The notes beneath the pieces were generated by a model, which saw only the letters and a list, made by a program, of their open reading frames with translations, was not told the DNA's origin and did no database searches. From NCBI GenBank assembly GCA_965153355.1, contig OZ231126.1:40176001-40240000 (forward strand): 64,000 bases of DNA, read 5' to 3'. The stretch comes from Flaccisagitta enflata. Taxonomy: Eukaryota. Positions 61,066 through 64,000 of the stretch are shown here, one piece after another. The position numbers were made by a program, and so were the translations under genes. Each line of letters begins with the position of its first letter. The stretch's first letter is position 1.

Positions 61066-61682
61066 CTATCTTGCTAAAAAGTATATCGACAAGATACAAT
61101 ACAGTTCAATTTTTTATCAAATTATGCATGTAACATTTGTAAACTATGACTTCTACTTTGTTTGACCTCTCTAGGCATCAACTTCGGCTTCCATGCGCCT
61201 TGGTATGCTTTTGTAAAGCAACTGAAGGTATGATGGCGTGGTGTTCTCCCACATCTAGAGAGATTATTTCAGCCCAGCTTTTAACATGGCACGTTCTTAA
61301 TTCTGCAGCTTCTTAATTTGAGTTCACGACTATTCATCAGTTTGAGGTCTGGACTGTTTCCAGGCCAACCTGGAAACAACTTGATGCTGTAGTGAATGCT
61401 TTATTGTAAGGGCGCTGTCCGCCAGAGCAACACTTCTCCTCAGCTGGTGTCTTCCACAATCTCTAAAATTCTAAAATGCAATTTTTTTGCCATTTTCCAC
61501 TTAAAGCAGTAACTTTGTTTTGCTTGTCATTTCTAAACGAGTAAACTTAGAACAATGCGGTTTGCGCCATTCGATCGGAAATTCGATGAAGTTTCCAAGC
61601 GTCACCAATTTTCCTATGTTTGCATCATTTTTTTGGTAGTTATGGCCCATAAAGCTTGTCGATATACATATTAGCAAGATAG
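61066..61682 (-). mobile_element. Internally deleted Tc1-like transposon
   Basis: 28-bp TIR CTATCTTGCTAA.A.GTATATCGACAAG, TA TSD, internal transposase remnant. Confidence 0.85.
61153..61380 (-). pseudogene. Tc1/mariner transposase C-terminal remnant
   Basis: FPGWPGNSPDLKL (family motif WPxxSPDLNPIE) and YLQLLYKSIPRRMEAEVDA*RGQTK* (family motif SMPxRxxAVIxAxGxxTKY); disrupted by a stop. Confidence 0.8.
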
Positions 61683-61721
61683 TAGTAAAAACATTTGAGC
61701 GTTTCCCATGTCATCATCGTG

Positions 61722-61792
<71 letters not shown>

Positions 61793-62068
61793 TACGTTTG
61801 CTTCACCACCCTAATCAAGGTTGAAAAAGACGGAGCAGCAATGAAGGAGGAAGAAGGATGAGAAGGTCAATGGGGGGAAAGTAAAAGAGAAAGCACGAGA
61901 CAAAATGGAAGGTTAGAAAATAAACAACCCAGGAAAAGACTAAGGAAAAAAGAAGAAAAACTGAACAGAAAGAAACAAAACTTGTGAGAGGAGGAAAAGG
62001 GCAATATAATAGAGGCGAGCAGCAAAGGACAACTCGTAGCTGAGGGGAAAGGAGGATAGTCGGAGGTC

Positions 62069-62168
<100 letters not shown>

Positions 62169-63164
62169 TTTGTATGTATCAGACTGCATTGCGGGCACAA
62201 TATATTGCTTTATGGTAATAATACCGTCCCTTTTCTAGCAATATTTCGATAGGCCAGCTGTAAAAGGCGCCATGAAATAAAAAAACAATAATGGCGTGAT
62301 CAATTTGGGAAAAGACACCTTACCATTTGTTATAAGCGTGCTGCGCAACTGTTTCGGCCTCTTTTCTGTCCGTCCATCCATCCATCCCTCCTACCGTCTC
62401 TTCGTCTGTCAGTACAACCATCCTTCCATCTGTCCGTCAATCTTCCGTCAATCTATCCCTCTGACCATCACTGTATCCAACCTTTTAACTATCTATCCAT
62501 GTCAATTCATCTATCTATCTGTCCATCTGTACATCTATCCATCAATCCGTCTAATCGTCCATCTATCCGTCAATCTGTCCATCCATTTGTCTGAGCTTCT
62601 GCCTATCCATCCGTCCATCCCTCTGACGGTCCATCTATGCGCGCGTCTGTCACATTTGTTGATTTTGCAGCCTTAATGCACCTGCCCAAATGATCAAGTG
62701 ACCTCAAATATGGCCCCTGCCGACCCGCACGCGACTGGGGTAGCCGTGTATCCGGCCGTGTTTCTCTTCACTCGAGTTCAGCTGAAGATGTTTCAAGTGC
62801 AAATAATGTATGATATTTTCCTCCACTTGATGTACCGCAGAAGAAACAATCAACTATCTGTCATGTTAAAAAGATTGATACTCGCAAGAATTCATGTTGA
62901 AAAAATACCGCGCGTTGAAGGAGGAGGTGCTTGAAAAGTCTTGGTAAGTGAAAAAATCACAAACCCTGTTTTAGGGTCATTGGTATCTGCAGCAGTATCT
63001 GTAGCAGACTGCTAGTAGTATCTGTAGCAGCAGTATCAGTATTCATTGAATAGGTTATGAGAAAAAGTAGGGAGGTGGAGTCAAAAGCAACGATCAGTCT
63101 TGAATGACAAATAAAATGCAACCTAGCCTCAGAGCTAAAAAGTGACTTGTAATGTATAGAGCTA

Positions 63165-63575
63165 CTACTCGACTCAATAAAAAAGCCGCACTTTTAAATG
63201 ACAAATTGTCATACTAAATTTCAAAAAAACTAATTAAAATCTTAGACCATTAAAAAGCTCTTGAAAAGATCTTTCATTTGGCGCTAATCTGGTATTGCTA
63301 TCTTTTTTCGTTTAGAAATGGCATTAGTTTGAGTAAAAACATTGCCAAGTTCAGTTTCGCAATCCCTATGAAAAAAATGCATTTTAGCAAAATAGTGCTT
63401 TTCTTTGCAGAGCTCTAGCTCCTAAACCGTTTGAGATACAGATCTGGGATTGGTCTAGAATGAAAGAAAATTTGAAAATCTTTCAATTAACTCTGACAGA
63501 AAAAATTTCAAATAATTTTTTTTTTCTTATACATCAACTCAAAATAGGGTGCGGCTTTTTTTTTTAGTCGAGTAG
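63165..63575. mobile_element. TA-flanked MITE, copy 2
   Basis: TA|CTACTCGACTCAATAAAAAAGCCGCAC...GTCGAGTAG|TA. Confidence 0.88.
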
Positions 63576-63836
63576 TAGAGACTTTGCCCAATCTTCGGTT
63601 CTATGATTTGTCAATAAAACAATCACCAATCCCAATTTTGCATTCTTCATGTAACAAACCAATGGTCGCGGAGACACATAAAACCCGTTATGGAGCCCGG
63701 AGCCGCTGCTCAAAAAGCAAAGGAAGAATGAGAAAGCATCCAGGCAGAAAATGGGGAAAAGTAAAACCAGAAAAAAAAATTGGAATGAAAAAAATATGAG
63801 ACAGAACCAGAGTGGTAAAAAGAGAAAATAAATGAG

Positions 63837-63881
<45 letters not shown>

Positions 63882-64000
63882 AAGATAGAGAGAAAGAGAG
63901 AGTGGATGGGGACAGAAATAGACATCAAAACTGCAGGAAAGACTTACTGAATCAAACCAGTCATCCAAGGATCCCACATGGACAGTGGTACCCGTTACTC

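Overview
Repeat-rich, low-GC animal (probably invertebrate) genomic DNA with spliceosomal introns; it is not prokaryotic. I found no tRNA, rRNA or CRISPR array. Two genes are supported. (1) Four internal exons of a minus-strand type-B carboxylesterase/cholinesterase-family gene (26649 down to 3848); they join in frame through GT-AG introns, and its start and catalytic-Ser exons were not found. (2) A compact plus-strand DEG/ENaC-family channel (46308-48923, about 577 aa), with one splice junction unresolved. The channel is the most unusual object: most of its cysteine-rich thumb is replaced by an Asp/Asn-rich tract, and a poly-Asn insert sits in the facing loop. The rest is non-autonomous DNA transposons (Helentron/DINE-like families, hAT-, Tc1/mariner- and piggyBac-type MITEs), a Tc1 transposase remnant, and micro-, mini- and satellites. 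A 7.4-kb composite at 27468-34866 consists of two sister elements bracketing an (AAAGGGCCTT)n array that is split by a 3-kb foldback. All calls were read by eye, with no database searches; repeat boundaries are approximate unless a target-site duplication (TSD) is quoted.
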